From the NCBI GenBank assembly GCA_963850905.1, contig CAWKMU010000003.1, positions 480,001 to 544,000 on the forward strand: DNA of 64,000 nucleotides, given 5' to 3'. The notes under the pieces were generated by a model, which saw only the letters and a program-made list of their open reading frames with translations, was not told the origin of the DNA and ran no database searches. The DNA comes from an uncultured Gemmatimonadales bacterium (GTDB lineage: Bacteria; Gemmatimonadota; Gemmatimonadetes; Gemmatimonadales; Gemmatimonadaceae). This document shows positions 21,677 to 32,099 of the stretch, piece by piece. A program made the position numbers and the translations under genes. Within the stretch, counting starts at the first letter, position 1. Every line of letters begins with the position of its first letter.

Positions 21677-24600
21677 TTAGAGTCCCTGCCGATAGCCGAG
21701 GAACAAGGTGGTCCCGTAGTACTCCCGTTGGTTGTTCCAGGGGTGCCGCGTGGTTCCGGTGAAGAACCCGAAGACTGCGTTGTTCATGTCCAGCACCTGC
21801 AGTGTGATCGCGCTGCGTGCGAAAACGTTCCACGTCGCCGCGGCATCGATCTGGAAGTGTGCATAGTTGTAGGTGTCGCTGTTCTGCGGGTTGCTCGTGC
21901 CGTTCGAGCCGTACTGGTAGATGCTCGCCGACGTGTACTGCCCGGTGAGCCGCGCGGAGATCGACGAGTAGTCGTACAGCACCGACACGTTGAACAGCGT
22001 GGGGAACTGACGGGGAAGTGGCACGTGTCGGAACGGCTGGCCGGCGAATTGGTTGACGAACTTGCCGGTGTTCGGATCTGTGTACCCGACATCTCCCGAA
22101 GCGGTATCCTGCGGCACGATCGCGCGCGACTCGACGTGCGTGTAGTTGACGTCGAAGCCAAGGCCCCGCAGCGCCCCGGGCAGGAACGTCAGGTGCTGCA
22201 TGTAGTCGAATTCCGCACCCCAGAGGGTCGCGCTCGGACCGTTCTGTGGCTGCGACGCGTAGTATCCGTCATACTGCGTGATCGAACCGTTGTAGAGTTC
22301 CGTCCGATTGAAGATGAAATCGTTGATCGACTTGTAGAAGAGACCACCGGACAGGACACCGACCGACGAGAGATAGTGCTCGGCCAAGAGGTCGTAGTTC
22401 CACGCGTGCTCCGGCTTTAGGCTCGGGTTCCCGAGCGAGATGCCCTGGTTGATGTTGTCCTTGACCGCATCGACTGCGTTGACATCCGGCGCCAGCGATG
22501 CGTAGTCGGGCCGCGCGATGCCGCGAGTGACGGCAAACCGGAGATTCGTATTCTCGTCGACTTCGTACTTGAGCTGCAAGCTCGGGAACAGATCCGTATA
22601 GTTGCTGCTGCCATGCACGCGGACCGGCGAGATCGACGGCGCACTGTCCGGACCGACAGTCGCGTACCCGACATAGCCGACGTTGGTGTTTTCGACACGC
22701 AGTCCCGCGTTCACGTGCAGCCTGCTGATATCTACGGTCTGCATGATATAGCCCGCATTCGTCTCCTCGGTCCCGGCAAACGTGGCAGCCGAGTCAGACA
22801 GACCACTGTTCTGGTACGTCCACGCGCTCGGGTTCCCCACCAGGTTCTGGTTGACAGCGGGGAGGCTCCCGAACGGCGCCAGCTGATAGCAACCCGCGCA
22901 GATGCTACCGTAGAATCCAGGGTCTCTGTAGTTGGACAGGAACTGCGACATCGTCAGGTTGTTGTTCGGCGTATAGCTCGGCTGATAGGACAGGTAGCCT
23001 TTGTGCTGATTTTCGATCTTCACGCCGAACTTGAATGACGCCGGTAACGTCCCGATTTCATAGGGGATGAGCGCGTCGGCTTTGGCGCCGACGATCGCGC
23101 CGGAGTTCTGCTCGTAGTCCGTGTTGAGCGAGCCGAGTTGCCAATTGGCCGGCAGGGCGGCGGCTTCTGACAACGCCGGGTTCAACGAGTAGCGTGGGAT
23201 GAGATTGTTGGCGGAGTACGTGTAGTTGAACGTGCCGCCGGCGCCCGGTCCGCTGCTCGGATTGAAACCGTAGTCGTCTTCGAAGTGCGCGTGCTGGTTG
23301 GCGGTCGACCCCGCATAGTTCGCCGCGTAGGTGAGCTGGACGTTGCCCAGACTCTGCTTGCCGCCGCCGGTGAAGCCCCACGTGTGCTCGATCGGCCCAC
23401 GGTTCGATACAGTGTTGCTGAGCGTCGCCTGTGTTGCCGTCGGCACGCCCGCGATCAGTTGATCTCCCCCAGCTGCGAGATTCGTCTCCCAGCGGTTTGC
23501 CTCATCGAAGAAGGCACTCCACAGACCTTTGAGATAGATCGAAGAGGTCGGCGAAAATCGGTAATCCAGGTCCTGCGCCAACCCGTAGCGTGTTCGGTAG
23601 TAGTTGTACTCACGCTGACTCCACTGACTGGCCTGCACGTGCGTATAGGTCGATCCCGGCACGCCCTCGTACATACCCGTGCCGTTGTCCAGGACTTCGC
23701 CCGTGTACGACGGCTCGACGTCGTTGATTACGCGGTCGGTCCGGTCGATCGAGCCGCTCACCAGAAAGCCAAACTTCTGGTCGGTGCCGAGCCGGCCACC
23801 ATAACTGACGTCTCCGTGACCGTTGTTGTTGCTCAATAGCGTTTGGTAGCCGTAGAGGCCCGAGATGTAGCCTCGTGGAGTGCCTTCGGGCACCTTCGTG
23901 ACCAGGTTCACCGAGCCGCCGATCGCATCGGCGTCAATGTCGGCCGACAAGGTCTTGTTGACCTCAATGGCACCCAGGACGTCCGCCGGTACGTCGTCGA
24001 GCTTCACCGCGCGCACGTCGGTCGCCAGCGTGCCCGGCACGTCTGCACCATCGATCGTGACGTGCTGGAAGTCGGGCGGCGTCCCCCGGATCTCGACGTA
24101 CTTGCCCTCCCCCTCGTCGCGCTCGGCCGTCACGCCAGGTAGCCGGGCGAGTGCCTCCGCGGCGTTGTAGTTCGGGAGTCCGCGGATCTGGTCGCCTGAC
24201 ATCACCGTCATGATGTTGTCGGCTTGCTTCTGCTCCTGCAGCGCACCGGCCACCGTCTCGTTGAGGCGCGGCGAGGTGATCACAACGGTATTGAGTGTTG
24301 TCGGCACGGCCTTGAGTGCAATGTCCGACGTCGTCGTCTGGCCACCCCGGACGCTGACGGCCACCGTGTCGGTCCGGAACCCAATGAAGTGCACCGACAG
24401 CCGATACGAGCCGACCGGCACGTCGGGGATGACGTACGAGCCGTCCGAGCCCGTGTAGCCGCCGTATCGCAGGTTGCCGACGATGCTCACCGACGCGCCT
24501 GCGAGAGGCCGGCCCGCCGAGTCCCGAACGTGCCCGGTGATCGTGCCGTTGTCGGCCGGCGCTGCCGCTTTCGGCTCGAGGCGGACGACACCCGCCCCTG

Positions 24601-24949
24601 TGGGCACGACCGCGATCGACAAGTGCGCCAGCAGCGCAGCGAGGGCGTCCCGCACGGTCATGTTCGTGGCATCCAGCGTGACCCGGCGATCCGCGGGGAT
24701 GACCGCCGCGCTGAACGCGAAGTTCGCCCCGGTCAGATCACCGATGATGTGGAGCGCATCACGCAATGTCAGGTTTTGGATGTGGGTCGAGAACGTCCGA
24801 TCCAGCACGTTGCCCGCCGGCGGTGCCGCCGTCAGCGCCGACGACGCGACCGCGAGCTCCATCTGCGCGCGGAGCGGTGTGACGGCACCTTCCGCGGCAC
24901 CCGCGACGAGCACAGTGAGCGCTGCAGCGGACCACTTACGCCAGGACAT
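21677..24949 (-). CDS. TonB-dependent receptor with N-terminal signalling (STN) and carboxypeptidase-regulatory-like domains
   Basis: Signal peptide, STN-like segment, GTITGHVRDSAGRPLAGASV, plug NAAEALARLPGV...DAIGGSVNLVTK, barrel GNPSLKPE. Confidence 0.93.
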   Translation of the reverse strand: MSWRKWSAAALTVLVAGAAEGAVTPLRAQMELAVASSALTAAPPAGNVLDRTFSTHIQNLTLRDALHIIGDLTGANFAFSAAVIPADRRVTLDATNMTVRDALAALLAHLSIAVVPTGAGVVRLEPKAAAPADNGTITGHVRDSAGRPLAGASVSIVGNLRYGGYTGSDGSYVIPDVPVGSYRLSVHFIGFRTDTVAVSVRGGQTTTSDIALKAVPTTLNTVVITSPRLNETVAGALQEQKQADNIMTVMSGDQIRGLPNYNAAEALARLPGVTAERDEGEGKYVEIRGTPPDFQHVTIDGADVPGTLATDVRAVKLDDVPADVLGAIEVNKTLSADIDADAIGGSVNLVTKVPEGTPRGYISGLYGYQTLLSNNNGHGDVSYGGRLGTDQKFGFLVSGSIDRTDRVINDVEPSYTGEVLDNGTGMYEGVPGSTYTHVQASQWSQREYNYYRTRYGLAQDLDYRFSPTSSIYLKGLWSAFFDEANRWETNLAAGGDQLIAGVPTATQATLSNTVSNRGPIEHTWGFTGGGKQSLGNVQLTYAANYAGSTANQHAHFEDDYGFNPSSGPGAGGTFNYTYSANNLIPRYSLNPALSEAAALPANWQLGSLNTDYEQNSGAIVGAKADALIPYEIGTLPASFKFGVKIENQHKGYLSYQPSYTPNNNLTMSQFLSNYRDPGFYGSICAGCYQLAPFGSLPAVNQNLVGNPSAWTYQNSGLSDSAATFAGTEETNAGYIMQTVDISRLHVNAGLRVENTNVGYVGYATVGPDSAPSISPVRVHGSSNYTDLFPSLQLKYEVDENTNLRFAVTRGIARPDYASLAPDVNAVDAVKDNINQGISLGNPSLKPEHAWNYDLLAEHYLSSVGVLSGGLFYKSINDFIFNRTELYNGSITQYDGYYASQPQNGPSATLWGAEFDYMQHLTFLPGALRGLGFDVNYTHVESRAIVPQDTASGDVGYTDPNTGKFVNQFAGQPFRHVPLPRQFPTLFNVSVLYDYSSISARLTGQYTSASIYQYGSNGTSNPQNSDTYNYAHFQIDAAATWNVFARSAITLQVLDMNNAVFGFFTGTTRHPWNNQREYYGTTLFLGYRQGL

Positions 24950-25030
24950 ACTAAACCTCGCGACTTCGGTGAGAGTGAGTCGAACGTGATCGGGTGGAGA
25001 GAGCGGTCGAGGGCGACCCCAAACGCACGG

Positions 25031-26176
25031 TCATGGCTGCCCCTCGCGCGGCAGCGTGTCAGCGCGCCGGCTGCGCCGACTGGGCCGACTGGGCCGGATC
25101 ACGACCACCCGCCCGGACCGCTCATAGCGGGCACCGACGATGGCCGTGATGTCGTCGAGCACGACGTCCGCCGGTTGGCCGCTGAAGGTGGCCGTGATGG
25201 GCAGCCGTGTGAGCGATGGATCGGCGATCCGGATCTCGAGGTCGAAGCTCCGACCCAGATCGCGCACGGCATCGGCGAGCGGAGTGTCCCGGAACACGAT
25301 GTCCCCCCGCGTCCACGCGATCAGCCCGTCGTCATCGCGCGCCGTCCGCAGTGCCACGTGCCCCTGGTTGTCGATCGTTGCAGCGCCGTCGGGTCGGAGG
25401 GTTGCCGTGGGCGCATCGGTGCCGGGGACGATGAGCGACACCGCGCCCTCGCGCACCGCGACTTGTGTGCGGCGATCGTCGGTGTATGCGCGCACGACGA
25501 AGCGGGTGCCGACGTCGCGCACCGTCGCCCACGGTGTCCGGACGCTGAACGGCCGACGCTCATCGTGTGTCACCGTGAACGACGCCTCGCCATCGAGCGT
25601 GACGACGCGCGCCGACCGCCCGTACTCGCCGTCCACGGTCACGACACTCGCTGGCGCGAGCATGAATCGCGTGCCATCCGACAGCGTGACCGTCTCGCGC
25701 TCGCCCGTCGCGGTGTCGAAGCGACGCGCTGGTGCGGCGTGTCGTGGCAGCTCGCGAATGAGCGCGACGCCAGTGACCAGCGCGACGCTCGCAGCCAGCG
25801 CCCCGGCGAACACCAGGCGCCCACCCACTCGGAACCGCCGCTGCGGCCGCCCCCACGGCGCCCGCGCCTTCGACAACCCGGACCCGCTACGGGCGTCGCG
25901 TGCCTCCGCTGCGCCGGACGTGGCAGGCCACTCGCCCCCGGCGCTTCCGGGCAATCCCAGCCGGCGCGACACGCGCAGCCAGGCGGCATCGGTCGCCACG
26001 GTCGACCGCGTGCTGATATGGGGGGTCTCGCGCGTGATCCTGCGGACCGCGGCCACCCACGCCTGTCGCTCGGGGCTGAGTGCAACCCAGCTCTCGAATC
26101 GCTCGCGCTCCGCCGAGCCCAGCTCGCCGGCGAGGTAACGATCGAGGAGACGCCAGAGGGACGAGTCGTCAGTCAC
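25031..26176 (-). CDS. FecR-family anti-sigma factor
   Basis: LLDRYLAGE, one TM, TATGERETVTLSDGT, LDGEASF, DVGTRF, AWTRGDIVFRDTPL. Confidence 0.92.
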   Translation of the reverse strand: MTDDSSLWRLLDRYLAGELGSAERERFESWVALSPERQAWVAAVRRITRETPHISTRSTVATDAAWLRVSRRLGLPGSAGGEWPATSGAAEARDARSGSGLSKARAPWGRPQRRFRVGGRLVFAGALAASVALVTGVALIRELPRHAAPARRFDTATGERETVTLSDGTRFMLAPASVVTVDGEYGRSARVVTLDGEASFTVTHDERRPFSVRTPWATVRDVGTRFVVRAYTDDRRTQVAVREGAVSLIVPGTDAPTATLRPDGAATIDNQGHVALRTARDDDGLIAWTRGDIVFRDTPLADAVRDLGRSFDLEIRIADPSLTRLPITATFSGQPADVVLDDITAIVGARYERSGRVVVIRPSRPSRRSRRADTLPREGQP

Positions 26177-26267
26177 GTGTCGATGGAAGGCATCTACTCA
26201 CTAGGCACGCGACACGGGCTGATCCCCTATTCGACCTCGCGGGTAACGGGGGGCTAGACGCTAGACG

Positions 26268-26939
26268 CTAGAAAAACTCCGCCAATCCCTGCCGCAGCAT
26301 CTTCAGCGCCCTGGCGATCTGGATTTCGACGGTCTTCACCGACGTCCCCATCTGCTGGGCGACTTCTCGATACGACAGCTGCTGCAGCCACCGCAGGCGA
26401 TACGCCTCTTGGCATCGCGCCGGCAGGCGCGCCACGGTGCTGCGCAGGGCACGCGTGAAATCATCTTCCACCACGCGCGCGTCGGCCGGTTCGGCGCAGA
26501 GCGTCTCGGGACGCGCGAGTCGGTCGGCGACGGTCATGCGTTCCCATCGCTCGGCGAGCCGCTCCCGCCGCACATGATTGAGCGCACGATTGCGCACCGC
26601 ACCGAATAGATACGTCTTGAGCGAGCTGTCGACGACCCAGGTCTCGCGGTGCTGCCACACCCAGCACAACACATCCTGCACGAGCTCATCGACCGTCGCC
26701 GCATCGTGCACGAACTCGCGCGCGAACGCGTGCAGCGGGGCGTAATAGGTGCGAAACATCGCCTCGAATGCCCCAGCGTCGCCCGCGCGAATGCCTGCGA
26801 CCCACGCGGCCTCGCCCTCGGCGACAACAGGCGCGAGCCGGTGCGTCGACGACCACGCGCCACGCGGCGCACTGCTACGTGCCGTCGCATCGGACGCGCG
26901 CCGGCTATTGGTGGGCACAGCGACTGGAAGAGCATTCAT
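26268..26939 (-). CDS. ECF sigma-70 factor (FecI-like)
   Basis: AFEAMFRTYY, ELVQDV, YLFGAVRNRALN, LPARCQ...LSYREVA...TVEIQIARAL; start uncertain. Confidence 0.92.
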   Translation of the reverse strand: MNALPVAVPTNSRRASDATARSSAPRGAWSSTHRLAPVVAEGEAAWVAGIRAGDAGAFEAMFRTYYAPLHAFAREFVHDAATVDELVQDVLCWVWQHRETWVVDSSLKTYLFGAVRNRALNHVRRERLAERWERMTVADRLARPETLCAEPADARVVEDDFTRALRSTVARLPARCQEAYRLRWLQQLSYREVAQQMGTSVKTVEIQIARALKMLRQGLAEFF

Positions 26940-27111
26940 GTCGACACGCCGGAGCGAAAAACGGTGGCCTCGGATGCGGCGCCATCGTGCTGCTCGCGCC
27001 GCGCTCCTATATTCGCCCGACGGTGCGCAGTTAGCCGTCACGCGCGGGTAACGAGATGCCCGCGGATGCAATGATCACGTCACGAAACGGCAACTACCGC
27101 CGCAAACGCAA

Positions 27112-27141
27112 ATCGCCCCGGTCACCGTGACCGGGGCGATT
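27112..27141. terminator. Inverted repeat, probable terminator
   Basis: AATCGCCCCGGTCAC-GTGACCGGGGCGATT downstream of the minus-strand gene ending at 27200. Confidence 0.6.
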
Positions 27142-27169
27142 GCTGCGTGACGTTTGTCGCCGTCGTTTC

Positions 27170-27193
27170 GTGGGGCGACGCCAAGCGTCGCCC
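27170..27193. repeat. Degenerate REP hairpin
   Basis: GTGGGGCGACGCCAAGCGTCGCCC; orientation ambiguous. Confidence 0.75.
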
Positions 27194-27199
27194 TATCGA

Positions 27200-28786
27200 T
27201 CAGCGGTGCCCGCCGCCATGACCGCCGCCCCCGTGGCCGCCACCCATGTGGCCACCACCATTCGACGCCATCCGCGCGTGACCACCGCCACCACCACCAC
27301 CACCACCACCGCCGCCGCTGCGGCCACCGCCTCCCCAGCCGCCGCCACCACCGCGCGGTGCTCGGCCGCCGCCGCCCTCACTACCACGCGGCGCTTCATT
27401 CCCACCGCCATGCGGCGCTTGGTAGCCTTCACCACCCGATCGCTCCTGTGGCTCCACCCGGTACGCACGTGCCGGCGCGCGCACCGCTTCGGCCGGTGAC
27501 GGCCCGCGCATCATCGGCTCCCCAGCCGCACCGCCGACGCGCGTCGCCACTGGGGCGCCACCCATCGGGCGACCCGCGCTCATGTGCTCGGCCGGTCCCA
27601 CCGGCGTCGCACGGTACGCGTGCGCGAGATCGCCGCTCGGCACGACCCGTCCCATGCCAGGCGTAAACGCCGGCCCCGTACTGCGCGTCTGGTGGAACAC
27701 GGTCGCCGCAGCCGGACTGCGGTACAACGTGCTGTGCCCGATCCCGCCAGGTGCCGTCGTCAAGTGTGCGTTCGCGAAGACCGCCGGCCGAGCGACGAAA
27801 CCAGTATGCGCGGCGTAGCCGACGCCACCGAACCGAGCCGGCACGAGCGTGTGCGCCGCGAAGATCGTCGCCCGCGGGCGATACCCGACCACGACCGGCG
27901 CCACAACCACCGGCCGGTGCAAGGGAACGAACCCTGGATAGTAGCCCGGGGCATAGCCGTAGAACGCCGGATAACAGCCGAAGCAGCCACCGAATCCAAA
28001 GCCGAAGCCGACGCCGAATCCGAATCCCGCCCCATAGTACCAGGGGCTGTAGAACGGGTTGTAGGCCCACCATGGCGCAAAGCCGTACGCCGGTCCGTAC
28101 CACGGGTTGTATGCGCCATCATACGGCCCGTACGGCCCCCAATCGGGCGGCATCGCATATCCGCCACCGTCGGGTTGCCCATTCGCGTACGTGTTGTCGT
28201 GGGCATGATGCGGCGTGACGTTGTACGTCACCAGGTCGTAGTCGAAGCGCCCGCCCGCCGCCGCCATCCGCTGCACGACATCCGTGAGCACCGCTTCGGC
28301 GTTGATGTTGCGAGCCGTATCGGGCAACGCGGCCAACGTCCACTGTGCCCCATTCCGGAATGTGTCGAAGTGGAACGGATCCTTGGACACCGCGGCGTAC
28401 ACGGTGCCCGTGCCTCGTGTGCTGCCAACGATGAAGCTCGCGTCCATTCCGGTCCCTTGCACCGCAACGTCCGCATTGGCGCGCACAAAGTCATCGTCGC
28501 CCGGGTTCGTCGGATAGAGTATCCGCACCGCGCCCGCCGGATCGGCGTACAACACGACCAGGTACGAGTCGTCACGCACGTGCACGCGCACGCGCGCGTG
28601 ATCGCCGACGTCGAACACGTTTTGGCTGTTCAGCGTGACTCGCACGGCGGGGTCGTCCGCTGGATCCACCGTGTGCGCCGCGCTCCCGCCCACGGCGCTC
28701 ACAACGCTCGCAACGGACCCGACGGCGGGCGCCGGAACAGCGCCAACCGCACTCGCCAGGACTGCCGCCAGCATTGCCGAAATCAT
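27200..28786 (-). CDS. Secreted DUF4384-like domain protein with Tyr/Gly/Pro-rich and poly-Gly C-terminal tail
   Basis: Signal peptide; GDHARVRV...SYLVVL..DPAGAVRILYP; low-complexity tail. Confidence 0.7.
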   Translation of the reverse strand: MISAMLAAVLASAVGAVPAPAVGSVASVVSAVGGSAAHTVDPADDPAVRVTLNSQNVFDVGDHARVRVHVRDDSYLVVLYADPAGAVRILYPTNPGDDDFVRANADVAVQGTGMDASFIVGSTRGTGTVYAAVSKDPFHFDTFRNGAQWTLAALPDTARNINAEAVLTDVVQRMAAAGGRFDYDLVTYNVTPHHAHDNTYANGQPDGGGYAMPPDWGPYGPYDGAYNPWYGPAYGFAPWWAYNPFYSPWYYGAGFGFGVGFGFGFGGCFGCYPAFYGYAPGYYPGFVPLHRPVVVAPVVVGYRPRATIFAAHTLVPARFGGVGYAAHTGFVARPAVFANAHLTTAPGGIGHSTLYRSPAAATVFHQTRSTGPAFTPGMGRVVPSGDLAHAYRATPVGPAEHMSAGRPMGGAPVATRVGGAAGEPMMRGPSPAEAVRAPARAYRVEPQERSGGEGYQAPHGGGNEAPRGSEGGGGRAPRGGGGGWGGGGRSGGGGGGGGGGGGHARMASNGGGHMGGGHGGGGHGGGHR

Positions 28787-29093
28787 AAAGACGCCTCCTT
28801 CACCTGCTCAAATGGCCCCTGCATACCACTACGCGGAAACCTCAACCTCTGCCGCACTCTTGCCTGCTCCCTCTCTACCACTACTACGAAGATCTCAACC
28901 GTAACGCTTGTGTGCTTGATGTCGTTCCTAACCCTGGACAGTTAACCCCTGATCTACCGGTCCTCGGTCAATCCTTTGACGTCTACTTTCTACTTTCTGT
29001 GGTTCTACTCTCACGGCCGCGGCTGCGGCCGTCCCCGCCCTATATATACCCCCAAACCACGTCGATCGTGCCCGTCAGTAGGACCGCGCCCGA

Positions 29094-31055
29094 CTACGCA
29101 TGTTTCTCCCCCTTCTCGCCCTCACCGCTCCCCTTCTTGGTACCGCTACCATTGCCCTTGCCGCCCTTCGATCCCTGCCCAGTGGTGCCGGCTTTCTTCG
29201 TGGCCACGGTACCTCCGGCCGGCGCGGTCCCGCCCGAGGCGTGCGTTGGCGCCGCGTTCACTGCAGCGCCCGTCGTCACGCGGTGAGGCGCCGCCGCGGT
29301 CGAGCTGGATGGCTGCGCAACCGACGGCGCGTGCGAGACCGCCATCGATTGCTCGCCAGTGGTTGTCGGCGGATGCGGCACCCGAGCCGCACCAACGGTC
29401 GTGTTTGGCCTGGCCACGAATCCTGATGTCCCGCCTGATGCCGGCGTCGCACTGGTGATACCGGCGCGCGCCGCGTGGAGTCCGCCACCTGCCGGCGCAA
29501 CCGTCGCCGGCCTCACCAACGCAGCGTTGGTCGCGAGGTGCGGCGAGCTGGCGCGGATCTGCGACTCTTGCGCCGGCGCGAGCGGAAGCCCGTGGTTCTC
29601 CTCGAGCGCCGCCTGCTTCGCCGCGAATGGGACCGGCGCGGGCGGCGGCGCGACCTTGGCCATCACCGGGCGATTCACGATCGACGCGGGTGGCGTCCTG
29701 ATTGACCCTCCCTCTCGGACCGGCGCCAAGCTTTCGCGCGTCGGCACAACCTGCGGCGCCGTACCCATCACCGGCGCGGTACGGATCTGGTCGGTCACCT
29801 GAATGGACGCCGACTGCACCGGACGCGCACTGGTGAACGCCGTGGTGGAAGTCGCCACCATGGCCCCTGGCACGTTCCGATTCACGTATCTCACGTTGGT
29901 CACGTTGGTCACATTCGTCACGTTGGTAATGTTTGTGACGTTGGTAACGCTCGTGACGTTAACCTGGCGCACGTAAGCCGGGCTCACAGCGTACGCTGGC
30001 CGATAGACTTCCTGCGGACCGAGCGCGAACCACGCGACCGCCGCCCCAGCGCCAAATGCAACCCCGACGCTCACGCCCGGGCGCGCCATCGGCGCCCCGA
30101 CAAAGGCGACAAGTGCGGGAGCGTACACGGGCCGCGCCACCATCTGGCCAGGCACCCACGCCCAGCCGCCGCCCACGTCGACCCAGCGACCGTAGTGGTA
30201 TGGCGCGTAGCCCCAGGGCGCGTCGTCGACCCACGTCCACCCCCACGGATCCACCCACACCCAGTGCCCCGTGTGGTACGGCGCCCACCCGGCCCCCATA
30301 CCGGCGGGAATCCAGACGTTGCCGTACTCCGGAACGACTTCCCAGCGGCCGTACGCGTCGAGGTCCTCGGAACCCGTCATCTCGGTCCCGACATAGCGCA
30401 CCGACTGCGAGTTGTCCTCGTGGTGATCGCGGTCCACGCACCACTCGTCCCACTGGTCATACGCCGGCGCGTCGACGAGATCGTACGTCGGCGCGTCCGT
30501 ACCACGGATCGAAGCCTGCTGATGTGCGTTGATGGCGAACGATGATCCCGCCGACGTCACTGCCGCACTGCCCGACCAGACATCAACGACCGACGTCGCC
30601 CCATCCGGCCCGACGTCGATCCGATACTCACCAGCACGACCGAGCGAGATCGCGCCGTTCGGCGTGTCGATCTCGTAGACCTGCCCATCGTCCAGATGGC
30701 GGACCCGAATCGTCACGGAACCCTGCGCCAGCCGCAGCTGCATCGTGTTGTCGTCGAGCGATGTGATGTCGAGCTCGGTCTGCGCGTTCACCCGGATCGC
30801 CGTCGACCCCGCGTGCAACTCGGCGCGCGAGTTCGTGTCGGCCCAGATCGCGTCGCCCGTCGTGAGCGGACGGTTCGGCACCGCCGCGCCCCACTGATCA
30901 CTGCCGGCCGGTCGAAGCGAAATCGCCCCGGTCAGATAGTTGAGCCGCGCCACGCGCGCCGGCGGATCTGCCAACACCCGATCGGGTGCGACGACAGACC
31001 ATGCGATGGCTGCGGTAAGCGTGATCAAGCAAGAGGTAACCCAGTTTCTCGTCAT
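29094..31055 (-). CDS. Secreted FecR-like/DUF6600 domain, proline-rich protein
   Basis: DPPARVARL, NRPLTTGDAIW, GWAPYHTGHWVWVDPWGWTWVDDAPWGYAPYHYGRW. Confidence 0.8.
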   Translation of the reverse strand: MTRNWVTSCLITLTAAIAWSVVAPDRVLADPPARVARLNYLTGAISLRPAGSDQWGAAVPNRPLTTGDAIWADTNSRAELHAGSTAIRVNAQTELDITSLDDNTMQLRLAQGSVTIRVRHLDDGQVYEIDTPNGAISLGRAGEYRIDVGPDGATSVVDVWSGSAAVTSAGSSFAINAHQQASIRGTDAPTYDLVDAPAYDQWDEWCVDRDHHEDNSQSVRYVGTEMTGSEDLDAYGRWEVVPEYGNVWIPAGMGAGWAPYHTGHWVWVDPWGWTWVDDAPWGYAPYHYGRWVDVGGGWAWVPGQMVARPVYAPALVAFVGAPMARPGVSVGVAFGAGAAVAWFALGPQEVYRPAYAVSPAYVRQVNVTSVTNVTNITNVTNVTNVTNVRYVNRNVPGAMVATSTTAFTSARPVQSASIQVTDQIRTAPVMGTAPQVVPTRESLAPVREGGSIRTPPASIVNRPVMAKVAPPPAPVPFAAKQAALEENHGLPLAPAQESQIRASSPHLATNAALVRPATVAPAGGGLHAARAGITSATPASGGTSGFVARPNTTVGAARVPHPPTTTGEQSMAVSHAPSVAQPSSSTAAAPHRVTTGAAVNAAPTHASGGTAPAGGTVATKKAGTTGQGSKGGKGNGSGTKKGSGEGEKGEKHA

Positions 31056-31295
31056 TGTTTTTTTCGCCTCCGGCTACGGGATGTCTAAGCAAGGCTCGGT
31101 CCGTCTCGGTGGATTCCCCATGCAGACGATCACGTTGCCGTGTAAGTCATTGTCGATTTTTCGGTTACAAACAAACATACGTGTACCGCACAGTTCGCTG
31201 AACCGTGCGAGTGGACCTCTCAATTGGACTTTGTTGACCTCTCGGGAGGACAGGGAAAGCTGCGGGCAAGAGCCGCGTGACCGGCAGCGGGCGCC

Positions 31296-31940
31296 TTAGC
31301 GCCCGTCCCCTATCGCCTCATCCACCATCCCGCACCACGCGTGCAAAATCATGAGGTGCACTTCCTGTATGTGCGCCGTAATGGCGCTTGGCACGCGGAC
31401 CAGGTGGTCGACCTCCGCGCCGACTAGTCCCGCCTGGCCGGTCAGGGCCACTGTCGTTGCACCACGCCGACGCGCTGCGACCAGTCCGCGGACGACGTTC
31501 TCGGACGTGCCGCTCGTGGTAAGCCCGACCACGAGATCGCCCGACCGCGCCAGCGCGTCCACCTGGCGCTCGAACACGGCCGCGTAGCCAAAGTCGTTGG
31601 CGATGCAGGTCACCGCGCCCGGGTCCGCGACGAGCGCGATGGCACGGAGCGGACGGCGCGTCCGCACATACCGGCCGATCAGCTCGCCCGCGAAGTGGCT
31701 CGCCTGGGTCGCGCTCCCGCCGTTGCCAAAGGCGAGCGCCGTCCCCCCACCCTCCAGCGCCCGCACGAGCACGTGACCCACCGCCTCGGCAATCGCCTCC
31801 ACCTCCGTTGCGCTCGCGCGCACCGCTTGCTGGTGCGCCGCAAAATGGTCAGCTACCCGTCCCACGCATCGCCTCGCTGTCCCCCTGATGGAAATCCGAT
31901 CGCGGAATTTGTCGGGTCGCCGCCTGTTTGGCGAGCGCAT
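31296..31940 (-). CDS. gmhA: Phosphoheptose isomerase (SIS domain)
   Basis: GNGGSA, IANDFGY, TTSGTSENV, IQEVH; the true start may be downstream. Confidence 0.85.
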   Translation of the reverse strand: MRSPNRRRPDKFRDRISIRGTARRCVGRVADHFAAHQQAVRASATEVEAIAEAVGHVLVRALEGGGTALAFGNGGSATQASHFAGELIGRYVRTRRPLRAIALVADPGAVTCIANDFGYAAVFERQVDALARSGDLVVGLTTSGTSENVVRGLVAARRRGATTVALTGQAGLVGAEVDHLVRVPSAITAHIQEVHLMILHAWCGMVDEAIGDGR

Positions 31941-32046
31941 GGTGGCACAGATTGTTCACAGAAACAGCGGGCCCGACCCCGATGCGCCGCAGCCTCCTTT
32001 CTCCTCTCCCCTTTCTCCTCTCTAGAGCGCGTTAGCGCTCTCGCGG

Positions 32047-32070
32047 GTAGGGGCGACGCATGCGTCGCCC
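32047..32070 (+). repeat. GTAG-REP hairpin
   Basis: GTAGGGGCGACGCATGCGTCGCCC. Confidence 0.9.
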
Positions 32071-32099
32071 GCCTTTCACCGATGATCACGAGGGTTCCA

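Noticed and set aside
20114..22975. TonB receptor duplication as a diversity-generating retroelement TR/VR pair
   Set aside because: Differences involve all four bases rather than adenines only, the repeat is too long, and no reverse transcriptase is present.
24224..26257. 677-aa plus-strand ORF and many similar Arg/Pro-rich ORFs
   Set aside because: Antisense or off-frame shadows of recognisable genes, expected in high-GC DNA.
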